Source: an uncultured Methanoregulaceae archaeon (GTDB lineage: Archaea; Halobacteriota; Methanomicrobia; Methanomicrobiales; Methanospirillaceae). From it: DNA of 64,000 bases. The notes beneath the pieces are model-generated. The model had not been told where the DNA came from, did not search any database, and was given only the letters and a program-made list of their open reading frames with translations. The translations under genes were made by a program, and so were the position numbers. How positions within the stretch are numbered: position 1 is the stretch's first letter; every line of letters begins with the position of its first letter. Where the stretch lies: the NCBI GenBank assembly GCA_963717525.1, contig OY970343.1:1824001-1888000 (forward strand). Reading direction: 5' to 3'. Positions 52,435 to 61,097 of the stretch are shown here, in pieces.

Positions 52435-53721
52435 ATGGCTGGTGATGACGGGCACCGCGATGCGGGAGTCGGCCGGGCAGGGGACGGCCCGGATCACAGG
52501 AAAGAGGCAGAGATACAGGCAAAGCTCAGGGATGGATCCATCAGGCTCTACGAACTTGAAAAACAGCTCCCACCGGTCGATGCTGTCCGGGTGCGCCGGG
52601 AGTTCATTGAGCAAGCAACCGGCGCGAAGCTGGAGGATATCGGCATCTTCTCGATCGATGCCGACCGGGCGGCGACCCGGAACTGCGAGAACATGATCGG
52701 CACGGTGCAGGTGCCGGTCGGTGTGGCCGGACCGCTTGCCATCAACGGCGAGTACGCGAAGGGCTCATTCTGGCTGCCGCTTGCAACCACCGAAGGGGCG
52801 CTCGTCGCATCGGTGAACCGGGGAGCGGGTGCTATCACAAAAGCCGGCGGGGCAGAGGTCAGGATCCTGCACGACGGCATGACCCGGGCGCCGGTCTTTG
52901 CGGCGCACAGCGTCGGGCATGCAAAGGAGATTGCTGACTGGGCAGAGACCCACGAAGATGATCTCGCCGCGATTGCCGCGACAACCACCTCCCACGGGAA
53001 GATGACCGGCCTCGTCACCTTTGTCGCGGGCACGAGCGTCTTTGTCCGGCTCGAGTTCGATACCAAGGACGCAATGGGCATGAACATGGTCACCATCGCG
53101 AGCGCAAAGATCGCTGACGAGATCGCACAGGCCACCGGCGCCCGGCTGATCGCGCTCTCGGGGAACATGTGCACTGACAAGAAGCCGGCCGCGATAAACG
53201 GCATCATGGGCCGGGGGCGCAGTGTTGTCGCAGGCGTCGCGCTCTCCCACGATCTGATCGGGAAGGTCTTGAAGACCGATGCAGCCACGATGATCGAGGT
53301 GAACTACCGGAAGAACCTTGTCGGTTCGGCCCGGGCCGGTGCGATGGGATTCAATGCCCACGCGGCCAACGTGGTCGCCGCGATGTTTATTGCCTGCGGG
53401 CAGGACGCTGCCCATGCAATCGACGGTAGTACGTGTATAACCACCATCGATGCCACGGAGTCCGGGGTCTACGTCGCGGTCACGCTCCCCTCGCTCCCTG
53501 TGGGTACTGTCGGCGGCGGGACCGGCGTCGACACCCAGAACGAGTGTCTCAATATCCTTGGCGTTGCCGGCGGCGGGACACCCCCGGGTGCGAATGCAAA
53601 GAAACTCGCGGAGATCATCGGGGCCGGCGTGCTCGCCGGTGAACTTTCGCTCATAGGAGCATTGGCCGCCCAGCACCTCGCCCGCGCCCACCAGGAACTG
53701 GGAAGGGGAGCGAAGAGGTAA
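52435..53721 (+). CDS. hmgA: HMG-CoA reductase (class I, NADPH)
   Basis: CENMIG, TTEGALVAS, DAMGMNM, GTVGGGT, GELS. Confidence 0.96.
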   Translation: MAGDDGHRDAGVGRAGDGPDHRKEAEIQAKLRDGSIRLYELEKQLPPVDAVRVRREFIEQATGAKLEDIGIFSIDADRAATRNCENMIGTVQVPVGVAGPLAINGEYAKGSFWLPLATTEGALVASVNRGAGAITKAGGAEVRILHDGMTRAPVFAAHSVGHAKEIADWAETHEDDLAAIAATTTSHGKMTGLVTFVAGTSVFVRLEFDTKDAMGMNMVTIASAKIADEIAQATGARLIALSGNMCTDKKPAAINGIMGRGRSVVAGVALSHDLIGKVLKTDAATMIEVNYRKNLVGSARAGAMGFNAHAANVVAAMFIACGQDAAHAIDGSTCITTIDATESGVYVAVTLPSLPVGTVGGGTGVDTQNECLNILGVAGGGTPPGANAKKLAEIIGAGVLAGELSLIGALAAQHLARAHQELGRGAKR

Positions 53722-53924
53722 GGCCGTGCCGGCCAAACCTGTTCTCTTTTTTTGCCCGGATAGAAATTTTTTTTCTGCTCTGGAGAAAACCTCTTTATAA
53801 AAATTATGCGCCCCCTTTACGCCAGCCCTGCCCCCGAGGGGGCGGGGGCGGAGGCTTGCCGTAGACCTAAAAGAGCGTCAGAAAAATCCTGGAGACCAAA
53901 ATAGCGTATTTAACATCCGGTCTG

Positions 53925-54412
53925 TCAGAACCGGAACCACTTCATCATCACGAGCGCGTCCTCACCGTTCGCATAATAGCCGCCGACCTGGAAGACGTTC
54001 TCGTACCCGAGGCGTCGGTAGAATCTCTGCGCAGGGGCATTTGATTCCCGTACCTCGAGCTGGGAGCCGCTCGCGCTCTCCAGCGCAAACTGGTGTTCGA
54101 GCCGGAGCACGAGCTGCCTGCCGATCCCTCTGCGCTGGGATGGTGCACTCACGGCAAAGTTGCAGATATGGCCGTAGATATTTTCCCCGGTGTCCTCGAG
54201 CGCCCCGACAATAAAGCCGGCAACCGTTCCCTCGTACGCCGCAACAAAATAGGTCGTCGGGTAATAGGACAGGGCCTCGGTGAAGATTTCTGCGTCCCAC
54301 GGGTCGGCAAACGCCTCCGTCTCGATTGCAACAATAGCCGGAACATCAGCAGGTAAGGCCCGCCGGATAAACGGGACGGCCGGGATGACAGCCAGGGGGG
54401 GGAACGGATCAT
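53925..54412 (-). CDS. rimI: RimI/Ard1-like N-acetyltransferase; start out of frame by one base at a G8 run (54395-54402)
   Basis: Continuous frame FIRRALPADVPAIVAIE..F..PW...RRGIG..LEVRESN..AQRFY..YY.NGEDA; nearest ATG (54412) needs +1 nt. Confidence 0.85.
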
Positions 54413-54592
54413 GGGTAACGGGTCCTTATGCGTGCAGTAACATCAGTTACCCCGCGGTACAATAAGCATTGCGCCGCAGGCAGGGTCCACGCAGGGCCCG
54501 CGTTACCGCGCGGAGGTCTTTGACTATATATGGGATCTCACCCAAATGTATGAGAAAGAACGCCCTTTTTTTGAGGGGCGCTGGTTGGTGTC

Positions 54593-55858
54593 ATGGTAAA
54601 CGTCTATCGTTTTGCCGCGGTGCGACCCGCACCGGGTGAAGCCCAGTCCATCGCGGCAGTCCCGTACGATGTCGTGACCGCGGACGAGGCGCGGGCGATC
54701 ATTGCAGAGAACCCGGATAGTTTCCTGACGGTCAGCCGGTCCGATGCGGAGCTCCCTGAAGTCCCGCCCTATGACGATCGGGTCTACGAGCGGGCCCGGG
54801 ACAATTTCCATGCGTTCCTTGCAAGCGGCCGGCTCAAAAAGGATGACCTTCCTGCGATGTATGTGTACCGGATCCGGCAGGACAATGATACCTTCCTTGG
54901 CCTCTTCTGCTGCCTTGATACCGAAGATTACCGCACCAACAGGATCCGCCGCCACGAGCTGACCCGGTACGACAAGGAAGAGGACCGGACCCGGCACATC
55001 GACGCAGTCCAGGCCCATGATGGCCCGGTCGTGCTCCTGTACCAGGATCCCGGCACGCTTTTTTCGTTCATCGAGTCTTTGATCGCATATCGCAAAAATC
55101 CTGATGCAGAAGTGCATACCCCTCAGGGTGGCATCCACCAGATCTTTGCCGTCACCGACCCGGCGGCACTCGATACGATAGAACACCGGTTCCGGGACGT
55201 GGCCAGCCTCTATATCGCCGACGGCCACCACCGCGCCAAGGCCGCGGTCAACCTCGCCGACCGGCTGCGTGCCGAGGGCCGGCCGGCCGATGGCGAGATA
55301 GACCGGTTCATGGGCGTACTCTTTGCCCATGACCGGGTGAAAATCCACGGCTACAGCCGGCTTCTTACCGATCTCGGCTCTTTTACCCCGGCAACGTTCC
55401 TCGCCGGCCTCGGGAAGCTGTATACGGTCACACCTTACGGCAATGTGGACGGGAGTGGGTACAACATCCGGCCGCATATTTCGCATCCCGAAAAATACCA
55501 CATTATGCACCTGTATCTCGAAGGAAAATGGTACGAGTGCACCCGGCCGATTGAACCGTCAGCAGGCCCGCTGGACGTGCTCGATGTCGCGGTGCTCCAG
55601 AAGATCGTGCTCGAAGGGATGCTTGACATCACCGATCCCCGGGGCGATGCCCGGCTCCAGTTCCTTGGCGGTGCCCGGCCGGTCGCCGATCTGGAAAAAC
55701 TCGTGGACGACGACACCTACCTGCTCGCGTTTGCGATGCAGCCGGTCCGGGTCGGGACCGTACTTGCAATTGCCGATGCCGGTGGCGTCATGCCCCCCAA
55801 GTCCACGTGGTTTGAGCCCAAGCTTTTAAGCGGGCTCGTCATCCACCCGTTTTCGTAA
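54593..55858 (+). CDS. DUF1015-family protein
   Basis: PYDVV, HELT, YIADGHHR, MPPKSTWFEPKL.SG. Confidence 0.9.
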   Translation: MVNVYRFAAVRPAPGEAQSIAAVPYDVVTADEARAIIAENPDSFLTVSRSDAELPEVPPYDDRVYERARDNFHAFLASGRLKKDDLPAMYVYRIRQDNDTFLGLFCCLDTEDYRTNRIRRHELTRYDKEEDRTRHIDAVQAHDGPVVLLYQDPGTLFSFIESLIAYRKNPDAEVHTPQGGIHQIFAVTDPAALDTIEHRFRDVASLYIADGHHRAKAAVNLADRLRAEGRPADGEIDRFMGVLFAHDRVKIHGYSRLLTDLGSFTPATFLAGLGKLYTVTPYGNVDGSGYNIRPHISHPEKYHIMHLYLEGKWYECTRPIEPSAGPLDVLDVAVLQKIVLEGMLDITDPRGDARLQFLGGARPVADLEKLVDDDTYLLAFAMQPVRVGTVLAIADAGGVMPPKSTWFEPKLLSGLVIHPFS

Positions 55859-55920
55859 AGCCAAAAGGCCGGAACAGAAACCTGAACCTTTATTGTTTTT
55901 GGAGACCGAGGGTGTATGCA

Positions 55921-56793
55921 ATGATCACCCTCGCACTTCCCAAGGGCAGCCTTGAAGCGCAGACGCTCCAGCTCTTCAAGGAGGCCGATCTCGAAGTCAG
56001 GCGCACCGACCGCGACTATAACCCCCTCATCGCCGACAACCGGATCGGCAAGGTAAAGATCCTGCGCCCTCAGGAGATCCCAACCTACGTGGACAAGGGG
56101 TATTTCGACCTCGGCATCTCCGGGCTCGACTGGGTCCGAGAAACCGGCGCGGATGTCGTGGAAGTGGCAGCCCTCTCCTACAGCAAGACAGGGGAAGGGA
56201 ACGTGAAGATCGTGATTGCCGTCCACCGCGATGAACCTATGGAAGACGCCGCGCAGATCCGGCCCGGCAGCCGGGTGACAACGGAATACCCGGAGCTCAC
56301 GAAGAACTACTTCGCTGACCGCAACATCCCTGTCCAGCTCTTCCACTCGTTCGGTGCATCGGAGGCGAAGGTGCCCGATCTCATGGATGTGGTCGTCGAC
56401 CTGACCGAAACAGGGACGACACTGCGGAAAAACGGCCTCAAGATCATCGGCCAGATCATGGAATCGCACACGGTGATCATCGCAAACAAGGTGGCATGGG
56501 CAGACCCGGAAAAAAGGCGCGAGATAGAAGAGATTAAAACCCTGCTCTTTGGGGTTCTCGACGCCCGGCATAGGGTGCTCCTTTCGATGAACGTGCCGAC
56601 CGCGGCGCTCGAAAAGATCGTCTCGGCGCTTCCGGCTATGAAAAAGCCGACGGTCAGCCGGCTCCACGGCATCGACTACTACAGTGTCCAGACTGTTGTG
56701 CAGAAGAGTACGGTCAACAGCCTTATCCCGAAGCTGAAGGCCTGCGGGGCAGAAGATATCCTCGAAATCCCCATCGCAAAGATTGTGCCGTAA
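55921..56793 (+). CDS. hisG: ATP phosphoribosyltransferase (long form)
   Basis: ALPKGSL, RPQEIP, DLTETGTTL, C-terminal regulatory domain. Confidence 0.95.
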   Translation: MITLALPKGSLEAQTLQLFKEADLEVRRTDRDYNPLIADNRIGKVKILRPQEIPTYVDKGYFDLGISGLDWVRETGADVVEVAALSYSKTGEGNVKIVIAVHRDEPMEDAAQIRPGSRVTTEYPELTKNYFADRNIPVQLFHSFGASEAKVPDLMDVVVDLTETGTTLRKNGLKIIGQIMESHTVIIANKVAWADPEKRREIEEIKTLLFGVLDARHRVLLSMNVPTAALEKIVSALPAMKKPTVSRLHGIDYYSVQTVVQKSTVNSLIPKLKACGAEDILEIPIAKIVP

Positions 56794-56939
56794 TCGCAAT
56801 CTTCGTTTTTCACATTGTCATAAAACCTGTGTGCATGCCGGAAGAGCGGGCAACCAGCCGGTATCCCTTCTGGCACCCTCCATGGCAGTATCCGAATAAA
56901 AACAATATTTATATCCCTTCAACCGACTATAGCCCTTTA

Positions 56940-57525
56940 ATGAAAATGATGCGCTTTTCCGGGCTGGCCTGCCTGGCTGCCGGGCTGGTTGTCCTGTTCC
57001 TGTTTTGTGCGGCCTGTACCCTCGGGCCCGTCCGGACAGGCTCCGGCAGCAGGGAACACGACGCCGACCACGGGAGGATTTTCAGCGGTTGTCGGAACCA
57101 CCAGCAGCCAGCATGAGACGTTCACGCTTGAAGAAGCCGAATCCGCCGCGCTTCAGCAGAACCAGTCGTTTTTTTATCTCCGTGGAGAGCACGTAGATAA
57201 CTCAGGGAAGGCGGAACGGTGGATCTTTGGGATCAGAGAGGGGAATGTATCGTCGATGCAAGTCTATGATGCAACGGGAGTTTCCACGCTCGCCCTGCCG
57301 GATGGATTACCCGTTGCAGAAAATATTCCTGCAGGTGTCCTGTCTCTCGCCGATATACTGAAGATCGCCTCTTCTTCGCCCGGTGCCGGTTCGCTGGACC
57401 TGAACGGGGGGATGGCCACTCTGGAACTGACGAATGGGGAATATACAATCACAGGACCCGGGTCTGTCAATCAGGGAATCGTCATCAATGCGACAACAGG
57501 AGAGTTGATTGCAGCCCATGATTGA
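56940..57525 (+). CDS. Putative lipoprotein, apparent +1 frameshift at ~57020
   Basis: Signal peptide ending CAAC joins SGPSGQAP...INATTGELI if one C is removed after GTAC. Confidence 0.7.
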
Positions 57526-58669
57526 TGATGCCGGAAACCTATCCATAGATTTTTTGGCGGGTTTCACCATCTTCATGATTACATTGATCTATGTGGCAAC
57601 CCTGATCCCGACCCTCTTCCTTGGTCTCCAGAGCAGCTCCATCGATTACGATGCCGTCGCCTACCGGACGGGTGTGATCCTTGTGGAGGATCCCGGCATG
57701 CCTTACAATCCCTCGTGGGAGACCCTGCCGAATACCTCAGATAGCCAGATCCTGAGGTTCGGGCTGGCCCTGTCAAAAGATACTCCCAATATATTGTCAC
57801 CCGAAAAAATAAACCGGTTTTTCTGCAGCACCGAATTTGTCTATCCCGATGATTACCAGTCTCGTGCAGTCTTCGGGAATTATCCTTACCTGTTCAATAT
57901 CTCATTCCAGATGGCAGGATCCAATGTGACGCAGTCGGTGGGTGACATCGTCCCGGAGAACTATGGGTACACCCGGCGGGTAGTCAAGGTAAAGGAGCAT
58001 AGCAATGCCACCATGGACTTTTCAGGCTTCAATGTGAATCCGATCACGGGCCAGCCCTCGGAAAATTACACGCAGAATGCAACCACCCAGTCATTTTCGG
58101 TCTATTTTAATTACACGTACCTGCTCGATAACGGGCCCGACAATAACAACCCGGCATACCAGATCAATCCCCTCGCGCCTTCGGGATCAAGTGGGATCAC
58201 AGGGGGAGAGGGGGCACTCATCAACCTCACTGACCTGAACCAGATCCCACAGAACTATGGCGGCATTAATACAACCGTAAACCTGTCAGGTATCATGGTA
58301 TACAGATCAGTTTCACTTGCCCCGCTGGGAACAGGCCAGTCGCCATTTGTAGGTCCGATCTTGAATTCTACGAATCCCATCCAGTTTGAGTTATTCGTCG
58401 ATGGTAATTCCACACCTGTTACAAACTTACCAATACCGGTTAATGATAGCGTATCGCTCTATATTCCCCCGGGCTTACTCAGCTTCTTAGGACAGGGCGA
58501 CTCGAGCACTCTCTTAAACGTCACCATGCAGTTCAATCTGAACCAGCAGGACTGGTACATCAACAGTACCCAGATGCCGCCCTATGGTGCTTTCGACTAT
58601 AACTACACCAACCCCTATATCACCCAGCCACAACTGAAGGACGGTGTTATGGAGGTGGCGGTATGGTAA
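57518..58669 (+). CDS. Class III signal-peptide (pilin-like) protein, DUF7287-like
   Basis: DDAG|NLSIDF + hydrophobic helix; many N-x-S/T sequons. Confidence 0.75.
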   Translation: MIDDAGNLSIDFLAGFTIFMITLIYVATLIPTLFLGLQSSSIDYDAVAYRTGVILVEDPGMPYNPSWETLPNTSDSQILRFGLALSKDTPNILSPEKINRFFCSTEFVYPDDYQSRAVFGNYPYLFNISFQMAGSNVTQSVGDIVPENYGYTRRVVKVKEHSNATMDFSGFNVNPITGQPSENYTQNATTQSFSVYFNYTYLLDNGPDNNNPAYQINPLAPSGSSGITGGEGALINLTDLNQIPQNYGGINTTVNLSGIMVYRSVSLAPLGTGQSPFVGPILNSTNPIQFELFVDGNSTPVTNLPIPVNDSVSLYIPPGLLSFLGQGDSSTLLNVTMQFNLNQQDWYINSTQMPPYGAFDYNYTNPYITQPQLKDGVMEVAVW

Positions 58670-59214
58670 ACGATCATGGCCAGCTTTATACCATCGAGGG
58701 CATCGCCGCCGGAATGATTATGCTTTTTACGACATACCTTGTCCTGGGAGCGACGACGGTTTATACACCGGGCGACAGCCATATCAGCGATATGCAGCTG
58801 GAACAGACTGGAACGGACGCCCTTATGATGATGAACACGCCGGCGAACGGGACAACGGGAAGCCAGCTTCAGGAAATTGTTGACAATTTGCCGGTGGTTA
58901 ATGGAGCTATTGCTGCTGCTGCAAATCCCTACGATCTTACAACGAATCCCTTCAATACAATGTTCCCGAATTATGTGAATAATAAGACGGGAAATGAAAC
59001 GGATAACCTCCACTATATTGCCAGTGTTACGTATTATGATATATCCAATAGAACAACCGGAAGTCTGCTGCTTGCAGCAAATCGCAACCTTAGCGGAGTC
59101 GAACATCCGGTCCGGGTGACGGAATGGATGATTATCGATAAACCGGTTCCGGGGGATGTAATGCTGACCGAACCTCGTGCTGTATTAGTTGAGGTACTCT
59201 TATGGCGGGATTAA
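58663..59214 (+). CDS. Pilin-like protein, DUF7288-like
   Basis: DHG|QLYTIEG + hydrophobic helix; V.VEV.LW C-terminus. Confidence 0.75.
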   Translation: MVNDHGQLYTIEGIAAGMIMLFTTYLVLGATTVYTPGDSHISDMQLEQTGTDALMMMNTPANGTTGSQLQEIVDNLPVVNGAIAAAANPYDLTTNPFNTMFPNYVNNKTGNETDNLHYIASVTYYDISNRTTGSLLLAANRNLSGVEHPVRVTEWMIIDKPVPGDVMLTEPRAVLVEVLLWRD

Positions 59215-59561
59215 GCGATGATGCACAGTGGATCGTGATGATGGGGTTTGTCATAAGCTTCAGTTTTTTCTTCCTCGCGATGATCCTCAACCAGTCTACG
59301 GTGGTCGGCCAGACCACGGCAGAAAGCGTGCTGGATTTTCCTAAAAATGACATCCGCGATGTAAGGAGTGTCATTATCAATTCATCAGAGATCGGGGATC
59401 CGGGTTATGTCCATAATGATATCATCAATATTTCGCTGTTCCGGAAAAAGGCCGTGGTGAATTACATCTGTAACCCAACGGGATGTACGATGCCATACAC
59501 CATCAGCATCCATTACAACAACGGGGTGACTTCATACAATGAAACCTGGGTACCATCGTAA
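59202..59561 (+). CDS. Pilin-like protein
   Basis: DDA|QWIVMMG + hydrophobic helix. Confidence 0.7.
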   Translation: MAGLSDDAQWIVMMGFVISFSFFFLAMILNQSTVVGQTTAESVLDFPKNDIRDVRSVIINSSEIGDPGYVHNDIINISLFRKKAVVNYICNPTGCTMPYTISIHYNNGVTSYNETWVPS

Positions 59562-59994
59562 AAACCACGCAGAGGCCGGGGTGAGTACTCTTATCGAGTA
59601 TGTCATGATAACCACAATTCTTCTGATTCTCTTTGTTGTAGTGCTTCTTTCAGTAAACGCAAACTTCATGCAGGGGCCGGCGGAGACGCTGCAATACAAT
59701 GCATTTACCGATATCGGAAACGGGGTATCGACGCGGATCGTTGATGTGTACGCCATTGCACCGACAACAGGCAACATCACCTCATCCTTCAATCTTCCTG
59801 ACGATGTGGCGGGACAGAACTATTTTGTCGATATCTACACGGGGGCAACAGCAGCAGATCAGGGGGTCATGGTCTACCAGGGTAACATTGTCAGCAATAT
59901 CAGTCTTGCCGGCATCAGCTCAACCCGGAATGTGACCGGGAATACAACAGGTAATGGGATAAACCAGATAAGTTATGATTCGGGAGGGTTCTGA
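59539..59994 (+). CDS. Pilin-like protein, DUF7266-like
   Basis: EAG|VSTLIEY + hydrophobic helix; LPDDVAG..Y motif. Confidence 0.75.
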   Translation: MKPGYHRKNHAEAGVSTLIEYVMITTILLILFVVVLLSVNANFMQGPAETLQYNAFTDIGNGVSTRIVDVYAIAPTTGNITSSFNLPDDVAGQNYFVDIYTGATAADQGVMVYQGNIVSNISLAGISSTRNVTGNTTGNGINQISYDSGGF

Positions 59995-59998
59995 AACG

Positions 59999-60817
59999 AT
60001 GCAACAGAAACGAGGGAAGAAAAACAGAGCGGATCGGGCAATATCAGAAGCGATCGGATTTATTATTATTTTCGGGATTATTATCGCCGGGATCGGACTG
60101 GTGACGATGTATGGGTACCCGATGCTTTTGCAGCAGCAGTCCAGCTCAAATGAGCAGATCATGGAGAAGAACATGATTGTCCTGCAGAATGATCTCAAGA
60201 GTATCGCTTACAAAACAGTACCCTATACAGAAACATCACTGAATGTGGGTGGCGGTGCGCTCACAGTCTATAATATGACGTATGACAATGCTACGGAATC
60301 GAATTTTGCAGTTTATGATGATAATGGGATTATTGCATTCCAAACTAATCCTCTGCTCTTCTTCACCGGGGACCTCCGGTATGAATCGACAAGTGCCCAG
60401 ACCGGCCTGTCGCTTGAGAACGGTGCGGTTGTCAAAAGGATGCTTGCCGAGAGCGGGTCGAGCATGCTTGCAGAACCCCGGTGGTATTATGACAGTCAGA
60501 CCAATACCGCCGTGATCTACCTGATTGGTTTTACTACCCCCACTACAGATATTCTTTCACAGGAAGGAGTCGGCACCGTGAAAATGAATTTGGATCTGAC
60601 CAACTACACTTCGTATAATCTTCCGGCTGGTGACGGACTCTATGTCAGGTATCTTCCCAACAACAACGCGGATTATTCAGCAGCGTGGGACAATTATTTT
60701 ACCGGCACGCTTAACCTGAATTCATTAGGAGGGGGCGTGTATCAATGGCCCCTGAATTCTGCCCAGTCTGCAGAAGTGGTGATCTACCAGTACCAAGTCG
60801 CCATAGAGTCGGTATAA
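59999..60817 (+). CDS. Pilin-like protein, DUF7289-like
   Basis: Basic leader, DRA|ISEAIGFIII; ENGAV motif. Confidence 0.78.
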   Translation: MQQKRGKKNRADRAISEAIGFIIIFGIIIAGIGLVTMYGYPMLLQQQSSSNEQIMEKNMIVLQNDLKSIAYKTVPYTETSLNVGGGALTVYNMTYDNATESNFAVYDDNGIIAFQTNPLLFFTGDLRYESTSAQTGLSLENGAVVKRMLAESGSSMLAEPRWYYDSQTNTAVIYLIGFTTPTTDILSQEGVGTVKMNLDLTNYTSYNLPAGDGLYVRYLPNNNADYSAAWDNYFTGTLNLNSLGGGVYQWPLNSAQSAEVVIYQYQVAIESV

Positions 60818-61097
60818 CGGTCCGGGGAGTACGCAGGAGGCCGGAAAATCCGGCGTATATTTTTGCCCGGATCATTTTGTTGAGGGATTGTGCTTAAACG
60901 AGATACCGGCCTTTTGGAAAACAAAGGGTTCTTCGTAAACCGGTTACAGGATCGGAAAATGTATTCATTATATCACTTTTTATGAGAAAGCGCTCTAATT
61001 AGTGCTTATTTTCCGTATCCGACAGATATCCCAGAGATTAAACAAATAATAATTTTTATATATTCGTCCTGTCAATACCATACACAAGTGACGGGGT

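Noticed and set aside
54395..54402. Phase variation of rimI via a G8 tract
   Set aside because: Homopolymer miscall is simpler in an assembly with many indels. Read-level data are needed to reopen this.
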